From a virus (Duplodnaviria; Caudoviricetes), in IMG/VR virus record IMGVR_UViG_3300043427_003220, positions 1-64,000 of that record: DNA of 64,000 nt; one strand, given 5' to 3'. Under the pieces are notes generated by a model. That model saw nothing but the letters and a program-made list of their open reading frames with translations, had not been told where the DNA came from and did not search any database. Below, piece by piece: positions 45,676 through 53,883 of this stretch (position 1 is its first letter; the number at the start of each line of letters is the position of its first letter). The translations under genes and the position numbers were made by a program.

Positions 45676-45902
45676 ATGAGGCGCTCGACCAGCTTGTTGA
45701 GTTGGTCAAAAAAATCCTTTCAAAAAAGAAAACAAAAGTAATTGGAATCAGAGACTTAGAGAGGGCTGCTCAAAAGGCAGACATTCAAATAGTTCTTGAC
45801 GAAGACACTGTGGCTGAGTTATGTTTTAGGCTACGTGACGAGAATGTGATTGCCCGCCCACAAGGAGCTGGCGTCTTTCGCCACATTAGAATTGTGGAGT
45901 AG
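45666..45902 (+). CDS. Hypothetical protein
   Basis: Overlapping operon ORF. Confidence 0.6.
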   Translation: MEINEALDQLVELVKKILSKKKTKVIGIRDLERAAQKADIQIVLDEDTVAELCFRLRDENVIARPQGAGVFRHIRIVE

Positions 45903-45904
45903 TT

Positions 45905-46366
45905 ATGTCTGAACATAAAAAAACAGTAGAAATGCTACTTGGCCTCAAAAGCAGACTGATTGCTGGTTCTAAGTCAGGCTATAGACGCCGTCATCCTAAA
46001 AACCTTGTTTGTTTTAATGCCAATGTTGTCGTCGAGGGGTTGGGAAAAGTTTGGTATGGCGACTTAGATATTACCTTGGATGAGGCTTTATTGGTTAGGC
46101 TGGCTCAGCTTCTTGAGAGAGAAGTTTATGTGTTGCAAGAGATGGACGGACGGTTTGAGAACGAAGATAACCCCAAAATCGAAAAAGCTGTATATAAAGT
46201 TGCCAAGATACCTTTTATGAGTTGGCATATTTATGAAGGTGAAATTCGCATTGAGTATTACGAGAGAAGCAAGAAAAGCGGCGTCATTCAAGAGAAGTCT
46301 AAAAGACAAATAGATAAAATTTTGGAAAGACTCAAAGAGCAAAGCGGAAAAGCGGCTTTTGTTTAA
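45905..46366 (+). CDS. Hypothetical protein
   Basis: GGAG RBS; VWYGDLDIT motif. Confidence 0.7.
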   Translation: MSEHKKTVEMLLGLKSRLIAGSKSGYRRRHPKNLVCFNANVVVEGLGKVWYGDLDITLDEALLVRLAQLLEREVYVLQEMDGRFENEDNPKIEKAVYKVAKIPFMSWHIYEGEIRIEYYERSKKSGVIQEKSKRQIDKILERLKEQSGKAAFV

Positions 46367-46397
46367 CTGAAAATATACTTTTCTTTATGGTGTTTAA

Positions 46398-47009
46398 ATG
46401 AAAGTAAATCTTCCTACGGTGACTCTTATTATTGCTGACTGTGTTGACTACGATAGAGCCAAACTGTCTTTTGACCACTGTAGAGCCGTCTGCAACTTCG
46501 GCGAAGCTAAACTATTAACTCACTTCGACACTCAAGACTCCAATATAGTAAAAATCCCTCAAATTAAGTCTATTGAAGAGTATTCTCATTTTATGATTAA
46601 AGACTTGGCTAACTACTTTGACACTCAGCATGTCTTAGTGGCTCAGTGGGATGGGTTTGTTTGGAAGCCAGAGTTGTGGGACAACAAATTTCTTCAGTAC
46701 GACTACATCGGGGCACCATGGCCTGAGAGTGTTCTGTTTAAGGGAGTGCCCAAGCATTTCAATGTAGGTAATGGAGGATTTTCTCTTAGGAGCAAAAGGC
46801 TTCAAGATTTTCTACGAGATGACGATAATATTACTATGCACAGGGCAGAAGACGTGGCAATATGCCAGCTTAATAGGGCGTACTTGGAAGCCAAGGGGTT
46901 TACGTTTGCTCCGTTTGAGCTAGCTAAGAAGTTTAGTTGGGAATGCTTGGAAATGAGTCCAGCATTCGGAGTTCATGCTAGGTTGAGGTTGGTTAAGAAA
47001 GGGGAGTGA
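46398..47009 (+). CDS. DUF5672-family (glycosyltransferase-like) protein
   Basis: QWDGFV..P..W...FL.YDYIGAPW, VGNGGFSLRSKRL, AEDV.IC, FAP...A.KFS.E, FGVH. Confidence 0.8.
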   Translation: MKVNLPTVTLIIADCVDYDRAKLSFDHCRAVCNFGEAKLLTHFDTQDSNIVKIPQIKSIEEYSHFMIKDLANYFDTQHVLVAQWDGFVWKPELWDNKFLQYDYIGAPWPESVLFKGVPKHFNVGNGGFSLRSKRLQDFLRDDDNITMHRAEDVAICQLNRAYLEAKGFTFAPFELAKKFSWECLEMSPAFGVHARLRLVKKGE

Positions 47010-47011
47010 TT

Positions 47012-47254
47012 ATGAGAGCATTGCTGTTACTCTTATTGGTTGGTTGTGCGACTGCTCCAAAGCCTGATAAGCCAGACTTGTGTGCGACTGTTTATGACCC
47101 TCATCTTTGCCTTATCACTATTGACAGTACGACATTTGCTGCTCACGGCAGTAACCGCTGTGTTGCCATTAGAAAGTTGAAAAAAACTCTTGAAGAAAGA
47201 GGGCACAATCCTCTAATAGTAGAAAAGGCGGAATGTGGGCGAGTTTATGAATAA
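47012..47254 (+). CDS. Small lipoprotein
   Basis: MRALLLLLLVGC lipobox. Confidence 0.75.
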   Translation: MRALLLLLLVGCATAPKPDKPDLCATVYDPHLCLITIDSTTFAAHGSNRCVAIRKLKKTLEERGHNPLIVEKAECGRVYE

Positions 47255-47260
47255 GAGTCA

Positions 47261-47290
47261 GTTGCCGAGGATTCCTCGGTAGCTTATTTT
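47261..47290 (+). terminator. Probable terminator
   Basis: GTTGCCGAGG-att-CCTCGGTAGC followed by TTATTTT. Confidence 0.55.
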
Positions 47291-47305
47291 GAATGGGGGA
47301 TAATT

Positions 47306-47659
47306 ATGACTGAATCTAACTACATGAAATATCGAGGAAAATGCAAAGAAATGGCAGAACAGGCTGCTGCCGAAGACCCCTCGCTTACAGTAGTGCGCGG
47401 TCATTATTATTGTCCACTATGGAACCGCCGCGAACCTCACTGGTGGTGCGTCAAACCAGATGGCGAAATTGTTGACCCCACAGCCCTTCAGTTTCCTTCA
47501 GGTGGCCTTGGAATTGGCGAATACGAGCCGTTTTATGGTTACTTGGCCTGCGAAGAATGCGGAAAGACCATTCACGAAGACGAGCGCCATGCGGGTTATT
47601 CTGTTTGCAGCTATGAGTGCTATGGCAGCATGGTCGGATTGTTGCGGAGAAGTTTATGA
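47306..47659 (+). CDS. Conserved phage hypothetical protein
   Basis: HWWC..PDG.IVDPT..QFP plus C-terminal CxxC..CxxxC. Confidence 0.72.
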   Translation: MTESNYMKYRGKCKEMAEQAAAEDPSLTVVRGHYYCPLWNRREPHWWCVKPDGEIVDPTALQFPSGGLGIGEYEPFYGYLACEECGKTIHEDERHAGYSVCSYECYGSMVGLLRRSL

Positions 47660-48060
47660 ATAGCCTTGAACAACTACAACAAATTAAAGAATTAGCCCTC
47701 AATCTTTTTGATGGCGAATATGCAGCAAATGAATGGCTAAACACGCCAAATCATTTGTTTTTTGACAAAACGCCTCTTGAATATGCCAATAGTGTAAACG
47801 CCCAAAGTGTTATTGACGTGCTAAAAGAATGGTCTGAAGAGCCTAGCTATCCAACTTTTGACGAGCTAAAAGCGTGGCTAGACATAAAGACTGAACATCT
47901 TGACCCAGAAGACCTCAAGATTGTTGACTCGTGTTTTGAGCGAGCCGGTAAATATGGCTTAGAGTGGGAGATTATTTACACCATTCATCGTTCTTACAAC
48001 GATGAGAGCTTTAACGTCGTTGAATATTTGCTAGATGCTTGTGATGATTGGGATATATGA
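47656..48060 (+). CDS. Protein with MbcA/ParS/Xre antitoxin C-terminal-like domain
   Basis: A..LF.....A.EWL.TPN..F...TPLE....A..V..VL pattern; GGAG RBS. Confidence 0.65.
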   Translation: MNSLEQLQQIKELALNLFDGEYAANEWLNTPNHLFFDKTPLEYANSVNAQSVIDVLKEWSEEPSYPTFDELKAWLDIKTEHLDPEDLKIVDSCFERAGKYGLEWEIIYTIHRSYNDESFNVVEYLLDACDDWDI

Positions 48061-48323
48061 GTATTCAAAAACTTAAAGAACATATTGAAAATTTTATGAA
48101 TAAAAAGCGTGAATTTAATGAGTTTAAGTTTACGTGTAAAGACGATAGGCATTCACTCGGAGTTTACCTAACTATTTGGAATCGTTACGGTCATTTTGTG
48201 TATCATTATTTTAGTTTGGAAATATGCAAACAGTTTTCTGGTTCAGAAGATTTTATTATTGAATATGGATGCACACAAGCAATTCGTCTTTTAAACAGGG
48301 ATTATTATGAGGGGAACTTTTAA
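48057..48323 (+). CDS. Hypothetical protein
   Basis: ATGA overlap. Confidence 0.6.
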   Translation: MSIQKLKEHIENFMNKKREFNEFKFTCKDDRHSLGVYLTIWNRYGHFVYHYFSLEICKQFSGSEDFIIEYGCTQAIRLLNRDYYEGNF

Positions 48324-48563
48324 ATGAAACTCGAAGTTGGCAAAAAATACCAAGATAGCCAAAATAGAGTTATTAAGATTATTTCAGATGTAGCCAGCCT
48401 TCCATTTTGCTACATAGGGGAAGTTCTATTTACTGGCGAGCTTGCAAGGTACTCACACGATGGAACGATTTATGGTTCTAATGACATTAATCTTGTAAAA
48501 GAACTCGGTACGACTCAGAAGATGGATTGCCTGCAAGACCAAAGCGCACGATTGTACACCTGA
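48324..48563 (+). CDS. Hypothetical phage protein
   Basis: MKLEVGKKY...DINLVKE pattern; GAGGGG RBS. Confidence 0.65.
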   Translation: MKLEVGKKYQDSQNRVIKIISDVASLPFCYIGEVLFTGELARYSHDGTIYGSNDINLVKELGTTQKMDCLQDQSARLYT

Positions 48564-48584
48564 CGGAAATGGGCAGTCACATTT

Positions 48585-48908
48585 ATGTCCTTAGTACCGA
48601 TGGAAAGTTATTTCGTAATCATTGGGCAACACCGCAAGAATGGCAAGCACTTCCAGACTTGCCGCAGGAGGACTAATATGAGACGCAGTTTCACACTACT
48701 CCGTAGTGACTACCTTTATCACTGCCTGTTCACCGACGAGTTCAACACTCCAGAAGATAAGATTGACCAGCAGATAGAGGACGTTATCAAGAATGAGGCG
48801 GAAATATGGGAGTGGGCGGAGTACGAGTGGACTAAGCATAAGATTGTCAGTGAGTTTATGGAGCCAAAGATTACCTATTACATCGTGGAAGTGAGGGAGA
48901 AAAGATGA
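48585..48908 (+). CDS. Hypothetical protein
   Basis: ORF in operon; start uncertain. Confidence 0.5.
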   Translation: MSLVPMESYFVIIGQHRKNGKHFQTCRRRTNMRRSFTLLRSDYLYHCLFTDEFNTPEDKIDQQIEDVIKNEAEIWEWAEYEWTKHKIVSEFMEPKITYYIVEVREKR

Positions 48909-49090
48909 AAGTCTACGCAATTGTTGAAAATTCTGGCCCATTTACTGTCCTTCTTCATTTGACTGTTTATCGCACAGAAGAGCAGGCTCAAGAGGCCCTT
49001 GAACAAATCAATAAAGATTACGTAGAGTGGTCAAAAGATACAGAATTTGTTTCTAAAGCAAAAGTTATTGAGTTAGAAGTTGCGGACTAA
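48905..49090 (+). CDS. Hypothetical protein
   Basis: GGGAG RBS; MKVY.I...IELEV pattern. Confidence 0.68.
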   Translation: MKVYAIVENSGPFTVLLHLTVYRTEEQAQEALEQINKDYVEWSKDTEFVSKAKVIELEVAD

Positions 49091-49114
49091 AGTTTTTCCT
49101 TGTCCTGCCGATAA
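49088..49114 (+). promoter_or_regulatory. Sigma-28 promoter P8 (perfect consensus)
   Basis: TAAAGTTT-N11-GCCGATAA. Confidence 0.9.
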
Positions 49115-49254
49115 GCCTTATGTTATGAGTGAGAATTATGAGTCTTGTCCACTATAGACAAACTACTTTGCCTATAATAAAAGCCACTTTCACTATAAAC
49201 AAATTTCATACTCATGAAATTTAGATTACGAACTAATGAAATTATGACTCTTTA

Positions 49255-49282
49255 TAAAGTTTTATCAATAAGAATCCGATAA
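49255..49282 (+). promoter_or_regulatory. Sigma-28 promoter P9
   Basis: TAAAGTTT-N12-TCCGATAA; AAGGGGG then ATG 49304. Confidence 0.78.
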
Positions 49283-49303
49283 GCATATCAAAGGGGGAAA
49301 GCC

Positions 49304-49474
49304 ATGTTCTACACTATCACAGCCACAATTGATGATGAGGTCCACGTAGTTGCCACAAACGTCCCAGACGACGAGCTTGAAGGAGAGCTTCAACATCTAA
49401 CCCGCAGGCACGAGTTTAAGAACGTGACTCGGTTTGAGATAACTGAAGAGCCTGTTTTTAGTCTATCGCCTTAG
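49304..49474 (+). CDS. Small acidic protein (56 aa, not in ORF track)
   Basis: MFYTITATIDDEVHVVATNVPDDELEGELQHLTRRHEFKNVTRFEITEEPVFSLSP; strong RBS. Confidence 0.7.
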   Translation: MFYTITATIDDEVHVVATNVPDDELEGELQHLTRRHEFKNVTRFEITEEPVFSLSP

Positions 49475-49554
49475 CCTAAATTAACCACCAGTCTACTTTT
49501 AGGCCAACGCCTTATCCTAAAATAACGACAACTTTAATTTTAACTTCCATCAAA

Positions 49555-49583
49555 TTGACAAATCCTTAGACATTGTCTACCTT
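49555..49583 (+). promoter_or_regulatory. Sigma-70-like promoter
   Basis: TTGACA-N17-TACCTT upstream of AAGGAG and ATG 49606. Confidence 0.5.
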
Positions 49584-49605
49584 TACCTCAAAGGAGAGGC
49601 GAACT

Positions 49606-49908
49606 ATGTCTGATTTGCTTAATAATCTCGACTCAGTCGAACAAGACGCAGAAAAACAACAAGAGTTCTTCAAGATGCTAGACGAAATGGTGTCTTCCTA
49701 TGGCCATCTCGTTATGGAAGTGCAGGCTATGGGTCAAAAGCTTCATGACTTAGCCGGCCTAGCTCATTGGTCAAAAGAGCATATCGAATATCTTCTAGCT
49801 AAAGACGAAGAATATATGGCAGCCGTCAAGGCATTCATGGAATCTAAGGAGAGCAGCGATGGCAGCGAAGCCGACGCGGTTTCAGCAGACGTGTCCGAGA
49901 AAGCTTGA
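49606..49908 (+). CDS. Hypothetical coiled-coil protein
   Basis: AAGGAG RBS. Confidence 0.7.
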   Translation: MSDLLNNLDSVEQDAEKQQEFFKMLDEMVSSYGHLVMEVQAMGQKLHDLAGLAHWSKEHIEYLLAKDEEYMAAVKAFMESKESSDGSEADAVSADVSEKA

Positions 49909-50506
49909 AAAGCTTCCCTCAACACACTGCCCACTAGCCGTAGAGTCTATCGAAGCAATCAAGGCGGGACAGCCAGACAAAGTCACATGCCCCTTCTTTG
50001 TTAACGATATGCACTCTAATTACTGTTTTTGGAAATTCATGGACGAAGATGGCGAGGCTATTGACTCTGCCCGCAGGATTGCTCAGCTAAATGTTATGCA
50101 AGAAACCGAAGTTAAAGAAATTATTGGAAATACTGCCGAAACTATTTTAGAATCGGTTAATTCTGAAGACATTCAGCTTTTCAAAGAGGCCGTTTACGAA
50201 GCCATGCCAGAAGCCTCATACGACATCTATACTCAAGAGTCATGGGTAGAGGAAGTCATAGGGGCTGAGGGGTTGCCCCAAGAACCAGGCAAACCTGGTC
50301 GTAAAAAGAAAGTTAAAATTCAAGCGCCCAAGGGTTTTTCAGGTGGCCATGCTTTGCATAAGTCTGGAAAAAGAACTCAGTTGACTGGATTGTCGGCTAA
50401 GTGGCATGAACACGTTAAAGAGTTCCAAAAAGGTGACACGCCTATTCGTATGACTTCTAATACTATGACAAAAAAGAAGAAAGACGAAAAAGATGAAGAC
50501 GCATGA
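49859..50506 (+). CDS. Cys-rich protein with possible HTH
   Basis: CPR..CPLA..CPFF..YCFW then RRIAQL..QETEVKEII; AAGGAG RBS. Confidence 0.55.
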   Translation: MAAKPTRFQQTCPRKLEKLPSTHCPLAVESIEAIKAGQPDKVTCPFFVNDMHSNYCFWKFMDEDGEAIDSARRIAQLNVMQETEVKEIIGNTAETILESVNSEDIQLFKEAVYEAMPEASYDIYTQESWVEEVIGAEGLPQEPGKPGRKKKVKIQAPKGFSGGHALHKSGKRTQLTGLSAKWHEHVKEFQKGDTPIRMTSNTMTKKKKDEKDEDA

Positions 50507-50699
50507 GGCAATTGAAAAGCTCAAATCAAACAATTCCGGCGACCGTGAAGACGGTGCGTGGGTGCTGTATGTAAATGCCTTACATTGTTATAAAACTTTA
50601 GAGCATCACGCTAAAAATGAATCTGACTGGAAATTAAGAGATTTATTGAATAAAATGCTAAATGATTTTAGGATTTTACATGACAAAGAAAACAGTTAA
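50493..50699 (+). CDS. Hypothetical protein
   Basis: Overlapping operon ORF. Confidence 0.55.
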   Translation: MKTHEAIEKLKSNNSGDREDGAWVLYVNALHCYKTLEHHAKNESDWKLRDLLNKMLNDFRILHDKENS

Positions 50700-51816
50700 A
50701 AACGTCAAACCAGTCTTAAAGACTATTCAGCATCTCAAGTTCATCAAGCAACTTGAGAAGAATGGTAATTTGGCCTATCAGATTATTGTAGACAAGATGG
50801 TTGACGATATTGTCAGTTACTTGAAGTCAGAGAGACTCGCCAAGGCTGAAGATCCCCTCAATATCCCCAAGAACTGGTCTAAGCTAGTCCCACGCATTGA
50901 ACTTAATGTAAATAAGACACTCGGCCCCATTATTGAAAAGTACATGTTGGCTTTGAAGTATGCCCTACTCGGTAAGGCTGCCGGCCAAGAAGCTGAAGAT
51001 GCAGTCGAAGAGCTAGGACTTAAGACATACTTGCCCAAGGGTTTATTGTTTCAGGGCTTTTTTGATGCTGTAGATACTCAATCTGATTACTTCTCCAAGG
51101 CACTAAAGCTACCCAAAATCAAGACTGATGCCTCCAAAGACCCCTTCATGGAGTACACGTTTAAGTTCATTAAAGAAAAGACGGCAAGGCATCTTGATAA
51201 GACTCTTGTCGATATGAAGACTAAGGCTCTGACGGCAATAGAAGAAGTCATTACGGAACACAACCACGAAAACACCTCGAACGTCCACCGCGTTGCCAAC
51301 CAACTTGCATCTGAACTCACAGAAACAAAGAAGAAGCGCGAAGCCGTCCATGATGCCGTCAAGGCAGTTGCCGAACACAAACTCAGTCTGACTAAAGCAA
51401 AGCAAACCCTTAAAGATACTTTTAAAGACTATGCGACAAATTGGGACTTGGTTGTCAAAACCGAAGTTGGCATGGCATCTGCTACGGCAACAAGCCAAGC
51501 AATTATGAACTTGGCGGGCTCCAAAGACAAAGACGTAATTGTGACGATTGTTTCAATTGAGGACGATAGAGTGTCCGAGGAGTGTAAGAATTGGTCTAGA
51601 AACGAGGATGGTTCTTTAAAATACTTTAACCTTACGGCTTTAAAACCAGCGGGCTATAATTTGGGTAAGAAAAAGGCGCAATGGGAAAACTGTCAACCAT
51701 TGCGGCATTTTAGATGTCGTTGTACTTTGGTATACGTTCCTAAAGGCTATAAAGTAGATGACTTTGGCTCGTTAGTAAAATTAGCTGAAGGTGAAAAAAT
51801 TAATATAGAGCGTTAA
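50680..51816 (+). CDS. Head morphogenesis protein (Mu gpF/SPP1 gp7-like)
   Basis: WDLVVKTE, DDRVSEEC, PLRHFRCRCTL. Confidence 0.8.
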   Translation: MTKKTVKNVKPVLKTIQHLKFIKQLEKNGNLAYQIIVDKMVDDIVSYLKSERLAKAEDPLNIPKNWSKLVPRIELNVNKTLGPIIEKYMLALKYALLGKAAGQEAEDAVEELGLKTYLPKGLLFQGFFDAVDTQSDYFSKALKLPKIKTDASKDPFMEYTFKFIKEKTARHLDKTLVDMKTKALTAIEEVITEHNHENTSNVHRVANQLASELTETKKKREAVHDAVKAVAEHKLSLTKAKQTLKDTFKDYATNWDLVVKTEVGMASATATSQAIMNLAGSKDKDVIVTIVSIEDDRVSEECKNWSRNEDGSLKYFNLTALKPAGYNLGKKKAQWENCQPLRHFRCRCTLVYVPKGYKVDDFGSLVKLAEGEKINIER

Positions 51817-52082
51817 ATAACTTCCTTAAAGACTACGACGCGAATAGATACCCAAGTTTCTAATCCATCGTAATTAAAACTACGGCGATGTTTGATTTGG
51901 TCTGGAGCGCGCCTATAGGTCCTAAGTGATGGTACCTGTTCCAAGGTCGAAACTGATTTTATAGGCAGGTTAACTTCTTGGCTCTTCCATTCGCAACCAA
52001 ACGTGTTCTTAAACTCGATTGGACTAAAAGATTTTGTTAGTAATTCATCCGCACTAACGAGTATAATCTCAATAGAGTCCAT
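51813..52082 (-). CDS. Hypothetical protein
   Basis: GAGG RBS; last gene of minus-strand operon. Confidence 0.6.
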   Translation of the reverse strand: MDSIEIILVSADELLTKSFSPIEFKNTFGCEWKSQEVNLPIKSVSTLEQVPSLRTYRRAPDQIKHRRSFNYDGLETWVSIRVVVFKEVI

Positions 52083-52345
52083 TATGCGTCCTCGTCTCTG
52101 CTTTTAATGATGTGGATTTTTTCTTGCTTAAGATAGGTACTAAACACTTTAACTAAATGCTTTTCCACCGTTGTTTTCCAGTTTTCACTTAGAGGGGTCA
52201 TCCCATTTACGTTGCTTGACTGGGCATTATAGGCAATAGCGTGGGCAAGCTTAATAAGGTCTTGAGCGTGAATTACAAGGTGATAATCGCCAGTGTGCCC
52301 TTCTGCAATTAACATATCAATCTCTTCTCTTGAGTAAGTTTTCAT
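52082..52345 (-). CDS. Hypothetical protein
   Basis: TAATG coupling. Confidence 0.62.
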   Translation of the reverse strand: MKTYSREEIDMLIAEGHTGDYHLVIHAQDLIKLAHAIAYNAQSSNVNGMTPLSENWKTTVEKHLVKVFSTYLKQEKIHIIKSRDEDA

Positions 52346-52662
52346 TATTCTGACTTTCTGGACAACGTAGCGTTAATAGAATTTTTAGCTTCTTTCCACT
52401 TAGCTGCAGAAATTCTTATCTGCTTTTCTGCTAAACCGACTAGCTCCCACTGATTATCTAATGACATCAATGTCATGCGCCCAAATTTAACAATTTCATC
52501 GCTTTCTGTCAAGACGTAAATTGTCATTTTGTTAAGCATAACGATTACACCATACCGGCTATTGTTTTTTTCATCAATAAATTCCACGGTATCGCCGAGT
52601 TCGGCTCCTATAAGCTGCAACTCGTCATAAGCCCACGGCGTCGCTGTTGTTTCTAAGCTCAT
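52345..52662 (-). CDS. Hypothetical protein
   Basis: AAGGAGGAG RBS before ATG 52662. Confidence 0.68.
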   Translation of the reverse strand: MSLETTATPWAYDELQLIGAELGDTVEFIDEKNNSRYGVIVMLNKMTIYVLTESDEIVKFGRMTLMSLDNQWELVGLAEKQIRISAAKWKEAKNSINATLSRKSE

Positions 52663-52672
52663 CGTCTCCTCC

Positions 52673-52948
52673 TTAAGGGGCCGGAACAATTTTCCACATT
52701 GGTTTATGATGTGAATTATTAAAAATTAAAATAGTTTTATAGTACCATCCATCTGGGCGCTCAATTCTAAGATTGTCAATATAATCCGCTGAATATCCAT
52801 TTAGCTCATCGGATTTTCTTAAAGCGTCAATAATATCTTCTCTCGACGGCATCGAAGACATCATAATATCGCAAACGTAATCGTCTTGACCGTCCGCCCA
52901 ATAAGCGGGAATTGTTAATTTATAGCGGTGCGGCTGAGAAAAGCTCAT
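52673..52948 (-). CDS. Hypothetical protein
   Basis: AAGGAG RBS. Confidence 0.65.
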   Translation of the reverse strand: MSFSQPHRYKLTIPAYWADGQDDYVCDIMMSSMPSREDIIDALRKSDELNGYSADYIDNLRIERPDGWYYKTILIFNNSHHKPMWKIVPAP

Positions 52949-52957
52949 AACTTCTCC

Positions 52958-53881
52958 TTACCAAATCTTTAATTGATTCAAAGCGTCTATAAACTTTTTG
53001 CTAGTCATTTTCGTAACGCACTCAGCAATTTCCATCTTGCGAGGACAATTAGCAAAGTTCCAATAGTTTAACGACCAATCGGACTCGCAAAAGCTGCAGG
53101 CAATGTTAGGAACAACAGCAATTGTTGGAACGCGGCCTCTATAGGGAATACGAAGGTCTGGCTTGATGGTTGTAAAGCCACAGACAACAGGAGTTCTTGT
53201 TGTCCAAGCAATATGTATAGGTCCGCCGTCCATCCCCACAATAGCTTTGGCTTGGCTCATAATAGTGGCAAGTTCTCTGAATGTTGTATCGTCTCTAAGG
53301 TCTACTCCAAATCCTGGGTACTCAAAGTCACTTGCAGCAAGGCTGGTTTTCCAAATAGAAATAGCTCCTCTCTTGCCCACATAAACAGGAGTCAAACCCT
53401 TGGAATAAACATATTCAGCAATCTTGGTGATTTCTTCTGGCAAGATTGTGCGTTGCTTGTCTCTATAAGTTGTGATGATAATGACTGACTTTGAAAAGTC
53501 TACGCCATAGCGATTGACATCTGCTGGCAAAAGAGGAACATACTGAGCATCAACGTCGTCAATAACGCGCCCCAATAAACCAATAGATGCGTATTGAGTT
53601 AACTTCATTCGAGATGGAGTTAGCTTACAAACATGATTGCCAACTCCAAGCATATTTAAGTGCCTGATTGAATAACCTGCAGGATACTGAGCGGTTACCT
53701 CGGTAAACTTACTTTCAGGAACAAAATGAAAGAAATCTTTAAAGTCTGGGTAAATTCCAACAAGATAATCATCTGTTCTTCTGTGGAAGTTTTCAATAGC
53801 GAACTTTAAAGAAGGAGCTGCGGCTATTAAATCGCCCACGGCAGCAGAGTTCAAACAATATACGACTTTATCTGCAATCAT
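52958..53881 (-). CDS. Glycosyltransferase family 9 (heptosyltransferase-like)
   Basis: AVGDLI, DLRDDTTFRELATIM..A..IVGMDGGPIHIA, C-terminal CxxC..CPR..EC. Confidence 0.85.
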   Translation of the reverse strand: MIADKVVYCLNSAAVGDLIAAAPSLKFAIENFHRRTDDYLVGIYPDFKDFFHFVPESKFTEVTAQYPAGYSIRHLNMLGVGNHVCKLTPSRMKLTQYASIGLLGRVIDDVDAQYVPLLPADVNRYGVDFSKSVIIITTYRDKQRTILPEEITKIAEYVYSKGLTPVYVGKRGAISIWKTSLAASDFEYPGFGVDLRDDTTFRELATIMSQAKAIVGMDGGPIHIAWTTRTPVVCGFTTIKPDLRIPYRGRVPTIAVVPNIACSFCESDWSLNYWNFANCPRKMEIAECVTKMTSKKFIDALNQLKIW

Positions 53882-53883
53882 AA

